DNA from: Guillardia theta CCMP2712
Taxonomy: Eukaryota; Protista; Cryptophyta
Assembly: GCF_000315625.1 (NCBI RefSeq)
Contig: NW_005434665.1
Location: 940,090 to 1,003,647 of the forward strand
Direction of reading: 5' to 3'
DNA: 63,558 nt
Of the stretch, positions 24,273 through 37,450 are shown piece after piece (position 1 is the stretch's first letter; each line of letters opens with the position of its first letter). Position numbers and translations under genes: made by a program. The notes under the pieces are model-generated. The model saw only the letters and a program-made list of their open reading frames with translations. It was not told the DNA's origin and searched no databases.

Positions 24273-26183
24273 TCAAGCATACTTGCATGCTTCGTCTACG
24301 TCATCAGCTGATCCTGTTGGATTCGTCAGTTCCTGCTGACTCAACAATCTTGATGCAGACCGATGAAGATCGGGACGCGCTGATGCAGCTCCTGCGGCTG
24401 TGCGAATCGTGAGAGTCTGAGCTTGAAGTATTTACCTAGAGACCTCGATGTCCAGCACCCGCTCCTTTCCTGTCGATGCCTTTCCGCCTGCCTGCTCAGC
24501 GAGCATCGCCATTGGGCTAGCCTGCACTCTTGGATCAGATCCAGGCATGGCAACCATGAGAGGATACCTCATAGAGGAGGCGGAGCTTCCCGTTCTTGTT
24601 CTTTGCGTCGGCAGGATACAAAAATAAGCCTCCGTAGAGCAGCGTCCTGTGCATGTCGCCGACCTGATCGCAAGTCACGCCAGGCAAGAGGAAGAAGATG
24701 CAATGTCACCATGGAGCCGATGTAACGGAGGCCGTACTTAGTCTTCGACTCTCCTTCACCCCTGCAGATCTTGTCGAAGTAGGTTTTGAGTGACTCGGGC
24801 CATGCAGGGATGTTTCCCTGGTTGCAGGAGTAGATCTTGCCGCGCTTGGGCATGGCGACGTTGGGATGGGTGAGGACGAACTCTCCCGACGACGAGTCGA
24901 GGGTAAATCCTGTGAAACCATGAGGAGGACAAGGAGGAGGACAAGGAGGAGGACAAGGAGGAGGACAAGGAGGAGGAGAGGGAGACAAGGAAATTGGAAA
25001 AGTTTCAAACCATTGACTCCGTCTCCAATCGTGATCATCAAGATAGTACACGTGCTGTACATGCAGTATCCTTCCAGCAACGTCACAAACATTGCTCTGC
25101 ATGGTCTCTCCCTCACCCGCAGCCACCTGCTCCGATCCCTTCTTGAGAGGGAATTCCTCGGCATTCTTAGCGCCCTTGTAGATCCCGAAGATGGTTCCTG
25201 CGTTCAATCAGGCCCTCCTCCTCTCGACAGAAGTCCATACCGACGCTAATCGCTGCATCGATGTTCGAGGAACCGTCCTGCGACCTTGTCAATGAACGCA
25301 TGCGCATGCAGCAAAGCGGACAAGAGGGTCGAACACAGCAATGTAGTCCCCGCCAAACTTTCCCGTAATGCGGATAGCCTCATCCTCCTCTTCCGACCCG
25401 AGGTAAGCCTGGAATAAAAGCTGAGCTTGCTCCTCTCTCCGGCCTGTCTTACCATGCAGCCACTCTTCGTGAGCTTGTCCTTGAACACATCGTTTGACAG
25501 GATGTCGAGCTTCTTCTGCTCCTCTCCCTGGACATTCTCACCAGTTCCTGCTCAGCACTGTCACTTTTCTTCATGATTTCTCACACAGCCACGGACCAGC
25601 CATGCCCGTCATGTCCTGGATACCAGCCTTGCCGACCATATCGGCGATGGATCTGCCGATGGATCAGCTCTACAGGCAAAACCCTATCGCCCACACCTGC
25701 ATGCCGACTGAATCCCAGAGAAGATCGCCTCGAGGTCTCGCATAGTCGGATCTCCCCCTGAAGCTGCAAAGTCAGACAGGATTCTGTCCTCCCCCTCCTC
25801 ACTCTCCTATCGCCTTCTCGCGCAAGAAATCGCTCAGGGTGGTGGAAAGTCGATCTTTCTTTGAGTAGACCTGAGAGCCTTTGTTTAGTCCACAGCGAAC
25901 AAGCATCCGAAAGCAACCTCCTCCTTCTCCCCCTGCCCCCCGCCCTCCCCTTTCCCCCTCTTTGTCCTCAAAGTCCACCTTGAGAAATTCCTCCGCCTTC
26001 TTTACACGAACATGCGTAGCCGCACTGCCACCGCGAAGACGAAGGGCTGAGGGATGCGACATGAGCTCCTCAGACCACTCCTCCTTCCTCGCTTCTACCT
26101 TGAGGGACAGCTGCCGGAGCCTGCATACCTCCGCTGGCCAGTACGGCCAGCATCATCGTAGAAATCAAGACGACTCTGATCAT
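24273..26183 (-). CDS. FBP: Fructose-1,6-bisphosphatase class I with N-terminal targeting extension
   Basis: [84 protein letters not shown] across short introns. The 5' exon is inferred. Confidence 0.92.
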
Positions 26184-29035
26184 ATCTGACCTGCACAACT
26201 TACGTGAGCGAATGTGCTGGGCATTAGATGTTGGTGTAAAAGAAGGCTAGACAAATGCCGTAAGTTATGAACGAGTCTGGTTAAAGAGTAGCATCCAACT
26301 GTTCGAAATATGCACAAGCAATTGCTTCAATTCTAGAGCATTGAACCCACGTAACATAGAAGTGAAGTATGAAGAAGATGTTTTGTTGCCCATTACATCC
26401 AATGTAAATTGGGTTACTACGCACAACTCATCGCTTGATATCATTTCCTATACTTTCCGCTGCATATCTCGTCATGTCTAAGACTCAAGAAGGATCGTCA
26501 GGTTCGTTCTCATCATCAGCTCCGTCCATGTCTTCCTCGTCATTTCCCTCCTCCTCTTGTTCTTCTTCCCATCTTCCACCTCCCATTGCCTTCTGAGGTC
26601 GCCTTGCACCCCACCATACCCCACCCACCTGATCCTGGAACCCCACCTACCTGCAATACCTCTATCTTCACCCCGTTTAAGCCATTAAAAAGTACCGGTA
26701 TATTCACAGCATTTACTACCCCCACCCACATTCCTCGTCCCCAACCTTACGATTGTGTTTCCCTGTTGTTGTGCACCCCACCCCTAAATTTGAGGAAGCC
26801 TTCACCCCACCACCCCCATTTTTGATGCCTTAGCTCAATCTTCATACTGAATCTCAGTTACTTGCAGTACAAATTTACCCCACCCTACCGTATTCCAAGT
26901 TCGTTTTACCACCCCACACATTGCTACCCACTGATTGACTTGTGTGATCTTCTGTTAATCGTCGTATAAACGTTCATGACTGGTTTTGCATTTCACCCGG
27001 TCGCCGCACCTGGCACCCCTTCTGGACCCCCACCCCCTGAGATCTCTCAAAATCTACCCCTACCTCGCCAAGCCCCTCAGTGCATCATGGGCGCCGGGCG
27101 GCCGGGCACTGACTGATGATTGGGGGCCCCCGGTCCCGGCGGCCGGCCCGGAGTCCGACCGGGTGAGTCGCCGGGCCGCCTGATCAACCCTCAGACCGGA
27201 CGGTACGGTGAGCCTCCGACCGTAGGGCCGGGGGTATCAATCATGATACTATGATAGTAAGACTGACTCTCGCAAAGCCAGTAGCGGCCCGGACCCCGGT
27301 CCGGGCGGCCCGGCGCCGGGTCCCGACTCCTCGGACGGTCCCCCCGGCCGGGCGGCGGGCGGCGGCGGCCCCGGGCCGGCGTGCCGCTCAGAGTCGCCGG
27401 ACTCCGCTACCGGGTACACGCCGCCCGGCCCGGGCGCCGGCGCCCGGCGTACCGTCCGTCACTCAGCCTTAGTAGTACTACGCGGCCGCCGCCGGAGTCC
27501 GGGCTGTCACGGCGGGCTACACTGTGACAGTACAGTACGGGTCACGGTCACTGGCCCAGTGACCGGGCCGGGTCACTGTCACGGACGGGTCCGGTCGCCG
27601 GTCCGGGTCCGACGGACTTCGTCCCGGCCGGGCCCGGCGGGAGCCGCTTCCGCCGGACTGAACTTACGGTCCGAATACCGGGCGGGCCCAAGGGCCGGGC
27701 CCGGCCCGGCGGGTCCGACGGTCAGGGACTCGCCGGTCGCCCGGAGCCGCGCCCGGGCTCGCCGGGCCGCCCGGGCCCCGGCGGCCCGGCCCGGCGGCCG
27801 CGCGATCCGCCGGATATCCGAGTCACAGGCCGCGCTGAGACGGTCACTGATCAGATCGGCCGCGGTCGTGAACTATCATCGCGGCCGCAAATCACTGAAC
27901 TTCCGAAATCCTTGGCATTACATTAGTCACTAAGTTACGTGACTAAGTTATGAGCCAGCCTGGCGGCGGGCCGGGGCCGCGGCCGGGTAGTACTAGCCTA
28001 GCTAGTCACGGTAGGCTAGCCGCTCAGTGCCAGGCCGGGCGGCCGTGCCAGCTAGCCTCCGAGGCTCCGAGGCTCTGCCAGCGGCAGTGCCAGCCGGGCC
28101 GTGACGGTCGCCGGACACCGTCCGGTGGGCACCGTGCAAACTTGGCTGGCCCGGCACGCCCGGCGGCCGGTCCGACCGGGCCCGGCCACGATCGGACGGC
28201 CCAGTGCGGCCCGGCACCGTGGCGGCAGTGGTGTTGCTCTCACGGTGGCAGTGCCCCGGTGGCAGTGCCGCCCGGAGCGGCTGTTCCGAGTCAACTCAGT
28301 GAGTTCCGAGTCCGACTCTCAGTCAAGTGCCCGGCCGGGCCGCGCCGGACTCGACTCTCAGTGTACCTACAGTATGGGGATGTGGGTGGAACCCGGCAGG
28401 CGGCTCTTCGACACAACAAAAATGCGGGGGGAGTAAGCGCAGTGAAGTGACGATGATGAGGATGAAGAGACAGTGAGCGCAAAGAGGAAAAATGAGAAGA
28501 GGAAGAAGAGGATCATCCGAATGAAAGGAAGGGAAAGGAACAAGAGTTTGGGATGGGGCGGATGGGGCGGATGGCCAGAATGGATAGGGGATGATTTGGT
28601 GGAGAGAGGTACAAGACATCTGAGCAGGAAAGGGGGCAGGATTGGCAGAGTTAAGATTGGGAAGAGATCGTCGGGATCTAAACTGCAGTGAAGAAATGAT
28701 CCAAGTAGGAGAGTACTTCATTGACAGAAGCTTCAAGTAACAAGTGAAATTATGTTGAAAACAGTGAAGAAGTGGAGGAGTTCCAGCAACGGTTGGAAGG
28801 ATGTAGCCCAATTATCAGACACCTGGTACAAAACTCGTGGATTCTAATTTGTGGATATCTGCCATAAAATGAGCATGGATATATATGGAGATTTGTACGA
28901 ACGTTGGCCTGTTTTTATCAAGTAGTAGCAACAAGGGAAACAGAATCATCTTAATATCCGAGTCGGATCCGCACACTTCAGCATCGTCTCAAAGATTGGG
29001 TTGTGATGAATCGGAACTGATTGGGTGTATCGCAG

Positions 29036-29572
29036 ATGAAGGGGTCGTTCCTTCTTGTTGCTATGGCTGTAGCGGTGCACGTTGTGAATGCTTACGTGCC
29101 ATTAAATCAGTTTGAGGAGGTGGAGATAGTTCCAACGGTGTGTAATCTACTAGTGTACCTGTTCTCTGATATCCTACTCCTGCAGGTTGTCAGGAGAAGG
29201 CAATTTCCTTCCTTGTCTAGGACTCAGTTGCTGCGAGCGCAAATGCTCTGCCAAGACGGTATGAGTGAGGAATGCAAGAAATACTTTGAAGAATCCATGC
29301 AGAAAGGTTCCAACACTCCTCCTTTGGTTGTTTTCATGTTGATTGATTTGTCAGCTGGTGAGAGGTACAGTGACGAAGGTTACGGCTTGGGTGCAAGAGC
29401 TTGAAGCTTCCTCATGTTACAGGTGACCATTTTTCTACAGGCGAGGGGTACTATGCCGACTACGCTGACATCGATGAAGACGCTGATGTGGGTGTCTTAT
29501 CCATGCCATACCCGGTGATTGTCACGCGTGGATTCTTGGTAATGACAAGATGACAGCTCAATTACGACTTAA
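29036..29572 (+). CDS. Small secreted hypothetical protein, spliced
   Basis: Signal peptide MKGSFLLVAMAVAVHVVNA, followed by short GT-AG introns. No family recognised. Confidence 0.5.
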
Positions 29573-30774
29573 TTCAATCTCACAAAGTCTCGATCTCCGG
29601 CACAAAGCCGTGCGGTGCTTGCTCTGAAGAATCACAAGAAGCTTGACTATGATATGATTTGCTTTCTCTCAAGCTGTTTGTGGTGGAATGCAACATAAAA
29701 AATATATCCTATTCTGCAAATAAACTATTTGCTCAAATGAATCCATCGCTCAATCTCTTACGTACCGGATGATCAACTATCACACGTGTGTACAAATGAA
29801 TGGATTACATCTTTACCATAACGGAAAAGATTCCTACTAAGATCTTAAACTACTTGCGCGTTTGGGAATCTCCCGGCAAGCAGAACAAGAGTCCAAGAGG
29901 AAAAATAGCATTTCCAATGCTTAGAACCACTCGCCGAAGTAAAGAGGGCGCTGCTCGTGGTGGAGGTACTCCATGCGCCACATCCAGAGCTGGGAGGTCT
30001 GCTGCTTGGTCTGGGAGAACATTATTCCTGTATTTTCGTCAGAAAGTTTTGTCGCCAAAATAGATGCAGGTGGAAAGCATATTTCAGAGAAAGACATACA
30101 TGGATAAAGAGAACAACGCTATTCATCACATCTGGCTGCCTATTCCAACCCTCAGTTCTACTACCATACTGTACATGCATCGTACTACTGCTGGAAGATA
30201 GCAACATCCTGACGCCATGTGCATGCTTGCATACCTCTTGGGTTTGTGCTCCAAGCGGCGCGGCCCTTGTTTATATAGGGCTTCGAAGAGACAGCCGTTA
30301 TACCCTTTCGACTGAACATAACCGTCGTGAAGGGACACCCTACCCCAGGGTTTTTCATGTCTGACCTTTAATCACCATCACCCCTACTAAAGCCTGGAAA
30401 GGTACCCCCATTGGTCCACCTACCCCACCCACTGCTCAACTTTGAAACTTTGAAACTTCAACCTGTTCAAAACCTCAACTTCGAAACTTAAACTTTTCAT
30501 CCCATGGGGTCCTCGGGGGTAGTGGAAGGGGTGGGGTAGTTACACGTGCGATTGTTCTTTTGTCCACAAGGGTAGGGGTTGGAGGGGTTGGAGGGGTAGA
30601 AGCAGTGGGGTGAGGCATCAGCATGGGGTACAAGATAAACTTTCCTTCGGTTCTGTCTCAATTGATCAGTTAGATCCTCTTACCCCTGGTCTCAGATACC
30701 ACCCCCTGATTGATTTACTCCATCGTACCACCACAAGCACACGACATTGCACCATGCAGGTCGGGGAGCCGCAC

Positions 30775-33700
30775 ATGCTGGCGCGGGCAGGGGCAGGAGG
30801 GAAGATGCTGGGGACAAGCATGGGGGGATACTCACTGTCAGAGGCTGAGAGGAGAGGACAGACCTCTCACTATCTCCCTCCCTCCTCTGTTGCCTGCACT
30901 GTACTGCCTCACGGGGTTCAGGTCATCGATTGCCTAACATCAAAGTGTACGAATAGTTGGGGGCTGAAGGGAAAGGCTCCTCTTCTTCCTGCAGTTGTGA
31001 GTTATAACATTGTTTTACTGTCTCTTCGTATCCATGTCTCCGTGTCATTCTGCCATGTTGCCTGTGTTTGTTGTCTTGGTTTCTTCAAATGCCATATGCT
31101 TCAACGAACAGTTTTCCCTGGAGTTGAAGTCTCTCAGTTGCAAAGCCATATTATGATGCAACCTGGCATCTTGACATTGTGATCTGAAGTTTTATGCTGA
31201 ATTAAAGATTGGTATCCATGATTTGCTGTATGTGCTGTGGTTTGTGGGGCAACGAATGGTTAACAGCTTTTTTCAAGATTGTTGGACGAGGAAGCACATT
31301 AGCGATGGCCTGCGAGGACAACACCATCATCTCATGGTCGTCAACGAATGAATCTGATTTAAGCAAGGCCAACAAGTACAACCTCAAGGTCTCAAAGTCA
31401 AGTGCTACATACTGGTCACTAATTTTCCAAATCTCCAGGACAGGAAAGTTTTCAAAATTCTTGCACACAACATGCTCGATGGTCTTCTGGTGGTCGACAA
31501 GAATTTCGGAATGCTTCTTCTGAGTTCAGATGTCAAGAGGGAGCTAGCGAGTGCTGACCTGGGGGTGAACAAGGGGGCTCGGATCGAGCACATGAGTATT
31601 TGTCCAGTCAAGGAGGGAAATATCAGCTCATCTCAGAGTGACAGCTTCTTTCTTGTTTCAATAGGCACCAACGTCAGCGGTAACGCATGCGTGTGGCGAA
31701 GTCGCTTCGGCTGCTCTGCAGATGGTTCATGGTTCTTCAACAAAGCAAAGTTCGACTTGCTGCCAGCGCATGCAGACAGCAGAGAGGCTCGCTTGCTCGC
31801 TTGCTCCTTGCACTCGGGAACGACGAACTTCTCTATCTTGTGGGACAATCACGTATGGCAGCAATACCGTATGTCAGGTGGCGGCAGCGCAAAGCCGTCG
31901 CTGACGAGCAGCAGGAGGATGAGAGATCTGGATGGACTGGCGAGCTCAGACAAGGACGAGACGTGCAAGACGATGGTGATAGGGACCAGCGATTACCTGC
32001 TGGTGGCTGGGAGGATGCAAATGCGAGGGAAGGGAGCAGTCGAATCAAAGCTAACAAACGTCGTTCGGGCCTACGACCTCAGCTACGGAACCGTGCAAGC
32101 AGAGATAGAGCTCAAGTGGAATGCGCAAGACGACGATATGAGTGACTCCTCGTCGTTTGTAAGCTTGACACCTCATTGTCTGCTTCTCTCACTTGCTCTT
32201 CAGAGAATCCTCGACGCAAAGCTCAACGCAGAAGGCTCTGTGTTGACCATCTCGTCTGACAAGTGCGTCCTCTCCTGCGCAATCCGATCGGCTCCGATGA
32301 GTCTCGAGCTTGTCCTTGGCAAGGAAATCAACGAGAAGGAGCTGGAGCCTCCGACCTCGTTTCGGCCCATCAACGTAAATTATGACCTCCCACCTCCCTT
32401 CTTCTCCTCCTCCTCCTCCATACTTTTCGTTCGCCTCTCTTCCTCCGCCTTGATGCTACAAGACCCTGACTGTCTCAACCAGGTTTTGTCGTGTGTTGTT
32501 GGCGTTGACGATGACAAAAAAGGAGAGGCAAACATCTCCGCACTCGCCCTGGAAGCTGTTGGTCGAGCTGTCAAGGAAGGAAACAGAAGAGAAGGAGCCG
32601 TGTTGGATGAGCTCTCATCCATGAGGGAGTGAGTGCTTGCTCCGTTCCTGCCCTCAGCTAACGCCTCCATCAGCCCAGCTGAGATGACCAACTGCATCAA
32701 GGCATACATTGACGAGCTTCACGCAGAAGCAGTGCAAGCAGACCTGCTCAAGAAAACTGGCGGTGAGGAGAGGCGGGGCATGAACGACTTGTTGAAGGTG
32801 GCGCAGGAAAAGGACGAGGGAGCGCGCGCAAGGTTAAGGTGGTGATGTCAGACTATCTCGTCCGGTGGGTTGTCAGCAAGTGCACAGAGGAGGAAGTGAA
32901 AGGAAGGCTGGACAAGGCTGCCATCGCCCTTGTGCAGGCTGGTGCCATCAGCACTCGCGCCCATCCTCGCCTCGTCCCCTACGCAATTGAGGTAGCTCAC
33001 GAGTCGCTACCATGGCGAGCTGACTTGCGCAGACTGGAAACCTGCTCCTGCTTGAGGCTATTTTGCGAAACGTGCATGACCTCTCGGAAGAAGACATCGT
33101 GAAGAGCTTGAAACTTGTCCTCGTCTGCATCAAGAAGAGCTCGATGGACGCTTATGTCACTGCGGTAAGATGATGATCACCTCCAGCATCTTGTCTCACA
33201 TTTTATGCCTCCCCTGCCTTCCTTCTCTTCTCCTTCCCTCCCTCTCATCGTTCCTCGACTCCTTGCTTCATGTCGATTCATGTGCCCGTGTGGCCTCCTC
33301 GCTCCTTGTTAATTTTTCTTTCGGTCAGATGGCTGCGGAGTTTCCCGATCTTCCTGTCCTAGACCACGACGCCGTTCGCCGTCACCTGCTTGACTGCATC
33401 ATGCTCGTCCAGCGCGACCACTGGCTCCTCGTCAAGGAGCTCCGCAGCTTGTCGGTCAAGGAGGCTCTTCGATTTCTCCGCTACTGCCAATCGCTCTTGC
33501 AGGTGAGCGTCTCCTGCGTCTCCTCCTCCTCACCTCAGTCAGATGCACGGAGTCGCTGCCAACGTGAAGCACCAGAGGCCGAAAGGAGCCCGCGCTCCCC
33601 CCATCTCTTGCGTGGTCGACTGGACCAACGCCGTGCTTGACGCTCACTTCTCCTCCCTCGTCCTCAACACGGACTGCCACGGGCTGCTCAAGGTGAGGAG

Positions 33701-33881
33701 GGAGGGAGAGAGGGACTGCAAGGCTAAGCAGGAGCAGGAGCTGAAGGAATTGGCGCGAGGAGAGCGGCAGCTGACGCGGGAAGTGGCAAGCATGGACGGG
33801 CTACTGCTGCACCTCCTGCGTCGCCAATCACTCCCGGTGAAGCCCATGAAGTTTTACGCTGTCGAGACCCTGTACTTATGA
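30775..33881 (+). CDS. NOL11/Utp8-like nucleolar protein
   Basis: C-terminal PPISCVVDWTNAVLDAHFSSLVL matches the recalled NOL11 C-terminal motif, preceded by LRSLSVKEALRFLRY. Beta-rich N-terminal region. Confidence 0.65.
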
Positions 33882-34719
33882 ATTTAAAACAACGCGAATG
33901 ACCTACGAGAGGAGGGGGTCGAATGACCTACGAGAGGAGGGGGTTGTCTTCTACTTGCGCTGATGATGCCATAGCTGCCCATGCCTCCAGCAGCGCCATT
34001 GAAGACGTCAGGCTCGGATGTTTGTCGCTTGCTCTTCACTGCTCGTCTGCCGACGGCCTCGTGTTGGCTCAGCCGCTTGATTCTGGTCGATGACTGATGA
34101 GTCGTCCGACTCTCAAGGCTTCGCTTTGCGTGACTCAAGATTCCTCCCCGGCATCGGTCGGGTCCCGCCGGTCCTTGGGCATTGCTGCGCCGTCGCCGCC
34201 GTCACGGGCGGTGGACTACCTCGAGCGGTACCGTGTAAATCCTATTTGCCGTGCTCCTGTGTCCAGCCTCCCTCCGTCCGCTGCCCCCGGCGGACCCCCG
34301 GGCAACGCCGGCTCCTTGTCGGCGGCTGCCCTTTCTCCGTCCGCGACCCGGCGCCAGCTTTGTGGCGGCAGCGGACGTCTCGACTGACAGTGGTCAGTCG
34401 GCTGCCTCCGGGTATCGCATTAATCCTCCTGCATGCTCCTGCTGCTTGTTGCTTGATTGCTTGACCCTTCGGCTGCTTGTCTGCGCGGCTTCGCGCGTGG
34501 GCTGGCGCTGCCGGGTCTGCTGACGGTTGCCAGCAGTGCTGGTTCTTTTCGGGCTTGTGTTTTGTGTGTGATTGTGCAGCTTCTCGCTGTGCGCTGTGTG
34601 CCTGGAGGTTTAGCTTGTTCCTGCTTTGTTTTGCTTGAGGCACTTTTTACCTTCTGCCAGTAAATCCATTGCATGTCTCGAGCGCTGGAGGGTACCTGCC
34701 GTCGAGACCGAGGATCCCC

Positions 34720-37450
34720 CAAGGCGCAAGCTTGCCCTCTTGCGAGCATCTCCGTTTGTTCGCCTCCTACCTCTCCAGCTACTATGGAGACTCTGCTGAC
34801 CTTCGACTCTTTCACAAAAGTCAGTCAGCCTCCGTTCAGTGCCACGGTGTACCTCGGGCGTCTGTCAGGGCGATGTCCCCTCCAGCGTGTTTTTCTGCCA
34901 CAGTATCCACCCCCCAGTGCTCCTCCATATCACAGAGCTTTTTCCCTCTGTTCGAGTCTTGGCCTATGCTGACAACGTCGTACTTGTCGGTCCACTCGAG
35001 GATGCCGTTGCAGCTACGTCCGCTATGAAGAAGTACATGGTGGCTGATCTGAAGCTAGAGATTCAACCTCGCGAGTCGAAAGTTTACATCCCCTCCTGGC
35101 ATCAACACCCTGATCTCTCGCAGCTGAAGAAGAGCCTTAAGCGCCGTCTCAAGACTCAACTTCTTCACTTCGAGGTCGTCACTGGCGGGATTACACTTGG
35201 CGGCCTGCCTATCGGCACGGATGGATTTCATGCTAGTCAGCTCCGAGCGAAGGTTTCTACCCTCAACGAAGAGCTCTCGAAGCTCGGGCTCGTCCAGCAT
35301 GGCTTCATGTTCAAGACGCTGGTGAGGGCGAGCCATCTCCAGAAGCTGCGCTTCTTCCTCCAGGGGTCTTCTCCGTTTCTCCCGCGGGTCCAATCACAGA
35401 TTCGTCGCTTTGACCTCTCTGTCCACCTGGCGCTTGAGAAATACCACCGCTGGCCTTCCTCGCAGTACCTCGCCGCGCATCCCGACCTGCTAGAGTTTGC
35501 GAGGTTCAAGCGGGAGCTTCCGCATAGTCGGGGTGGGGACGAGTTCACGCCCTCTGAGGGTCTACACCCCGCTGTTTACTATACGGCTATCGCTCGCTTC
35601 CTCGCTTGGTACTCTGACCAGCCCATGTCCCGGACCCTGCCCTCTCCTCATAGCCTGGACGTTCACTGCTCGAGATCTCTCCGTGCCCAGAAGCATCCTC
35701 TGGCGACCTTCTTCGTTGAGGCGCACGACTTCGTTCATAATGCTGGAGCGATCCTCTACCGTCGTGTGAGGGCTCCTGCACCGGCTGCAGATGGCGCGGC
35801 GATCCCACCTGCCCCGGCTGCTGTGCCTGATGACGCAGGCCGCCCCCCGGCATCTGTGGTACACATCCCTGGTTTGCGCGCTCTCGTCGACTCGTCTCAT
35901 GAGCACTTCATTCCGCCGCCTGCGCAGCGAAATGTGACCCCTCTTGTCATGCGCGTCTTCCCTCGCCATGTGCATGCTCGCGCTGCGCTGACCGATCAGC
36001 AGCGTGATATCCTCACCTTGCACAGCCGCAGGACACACTCGCTCAAGTCGCAGGATAGGGTCTTGCAGTCTACCATCTTCGCTCATTTTCCTGAGCGTGA
36101 CCTGAGCCACTCTCCGATGCGAGTCTCGAGCTACTACCCCCTCAAGGCCTTCCCGCACCGCTATGCTCAGATGCTCGACTGCTATCTCCATGGCATGCCG
36201 ATCTGCCAGTGTCCGACGGAATGTGATGGATGTCAGCGCGAGCTCGACCCCTCCGTTGCTGCACATCATCTCCAGACCTGCAAACGCCGATCCTCCAAGC
36301 TTCCCACGGCGCATGACAACCTTACTCGTACGATTCGGTCGATGCTGAACGAAGCTGGTCTTCAGAGCGTCATCGATACAGTGGGTATAGGATTTACTGG
36401 CAGAAGATAAAAAGTGCCTCAAGCAAAACAAAGCAGGAACAAGCTGAACCGGCAGGCACACAGTCCACAGCGAGAAGCTGCACAATCACACACAAAACAC
36501 AAGCCCGAAAAGAACCAGCACTGCTGGCACCCAGACGCGGCACCGCCAGCCCAAGCGCGAAGCCGCGCAGACAAGCAGCCTAAGGGTCAAGCAATCAAGC
36601 AACAAGCAGCAGGAGCATGCAGGAGGAAGAAAATCCCTTAGACGCGATACCCGGAGGCAGCCGACTGACCACTGTCAGTCGAGACGTCCGCTGCCGCCAC
36701 AAAGCGGGCGGCCGCGGACGGAGAAAGGGCAGCCGCCGACAAGGAGCCGGCGTTGCCCGGGGGTCCGCCTGGGGCAGCGGACGGAGGGAGGCTGGACACA
36801 GGAACACGGTACCGCTCGAGGTAGTCCTCCTCGCTAGCCTCCGAGTCAGCGGTAGCCAAGTCAGTGGTAGCCGCCCGTGACGGCGGCGACGCCGCGGCAA
36901 TGCCCAAGGACCGGCGTGACCCGACCGATGCCGGGGAGGAAGCAGGCGAGCTCGGACCAGCAGCAAGCACCCCAGTGGTGTCGAGCTCTCCGGAGGCACC
37001 CGACGTCACAGTGAGGGACGGAGGCGCCTCGCCAGCTCCGCGCCGATCGTCGGGGCCACTCGAAGGGTTTCCCCCATCGGAGTCGGAGACCTCCGGCGAA
37101 GACTCCTCGGGCGACTCGACAAAGTCCGAGGAGGAGCTGTCCTCTGGCTCGAGAAGTGCAGTGGGGGATCCTTGTTCTCGACGGCAGGTACCCTCCCATC
37201 CTCATGGTGGCCGCAAGATGAAGGGCGATATCCACATTCCTGGAATCCGCGATCGAGGGTCCGAGCAGTACGAGGGCTTGATGGCGGACGTGACGTTGGT
37301 CCACCCTTACATTGGTAGCTCTGCCGACCTGACCAAGTGGGGGGAGGTCAACCTCGACGCCCTCCATGTTGCAGCGTCTGAGAAGATTCGCAAACATCGC
37401 GCTGCATATGCCATGACTACTCCTCCTCGAGCGTTCATCCCTCTTGCCAT
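34720..37450 (+). mobile_element. Retroelement copy (RT C-half, thumb, knuckle, RLE) interrupted at 36386-37158
   Basis: ORF 34839-36410 carries RT, thumb and knuckle. The host sequence resumes at 37159 with the RLE motifs and continues to the gap. Confidence 0.85.
36386..37159 (-). mobile_element. 5'-truncated antisense insertion of the same element with target-site duplication
   Basis: The element 3' end is at 36386. CAGTGGG is repeated at 36379-36385 and 37159-37165. Confidence 0.85.

Noticed and set aside
27251-28450. Arg/Pro/Gly-rich ORFs
   Set aside because: Expected from extreme GC content; no domain or splice pattern.
29650-30340. Possible small gene between the secreted protein and the NOL11-like gene
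   Set aside because: Only short ORFs without recognisable motifs; cannot be supported.
36386-36640. Repeated ~250 bp unit as an LTR or spliced-leader gene target
   Set aside because: It follows the element stop codon and is variably 5'-truncated, as expected for a non-LTR 3'UTR. No SL or snRNA features were recognised.
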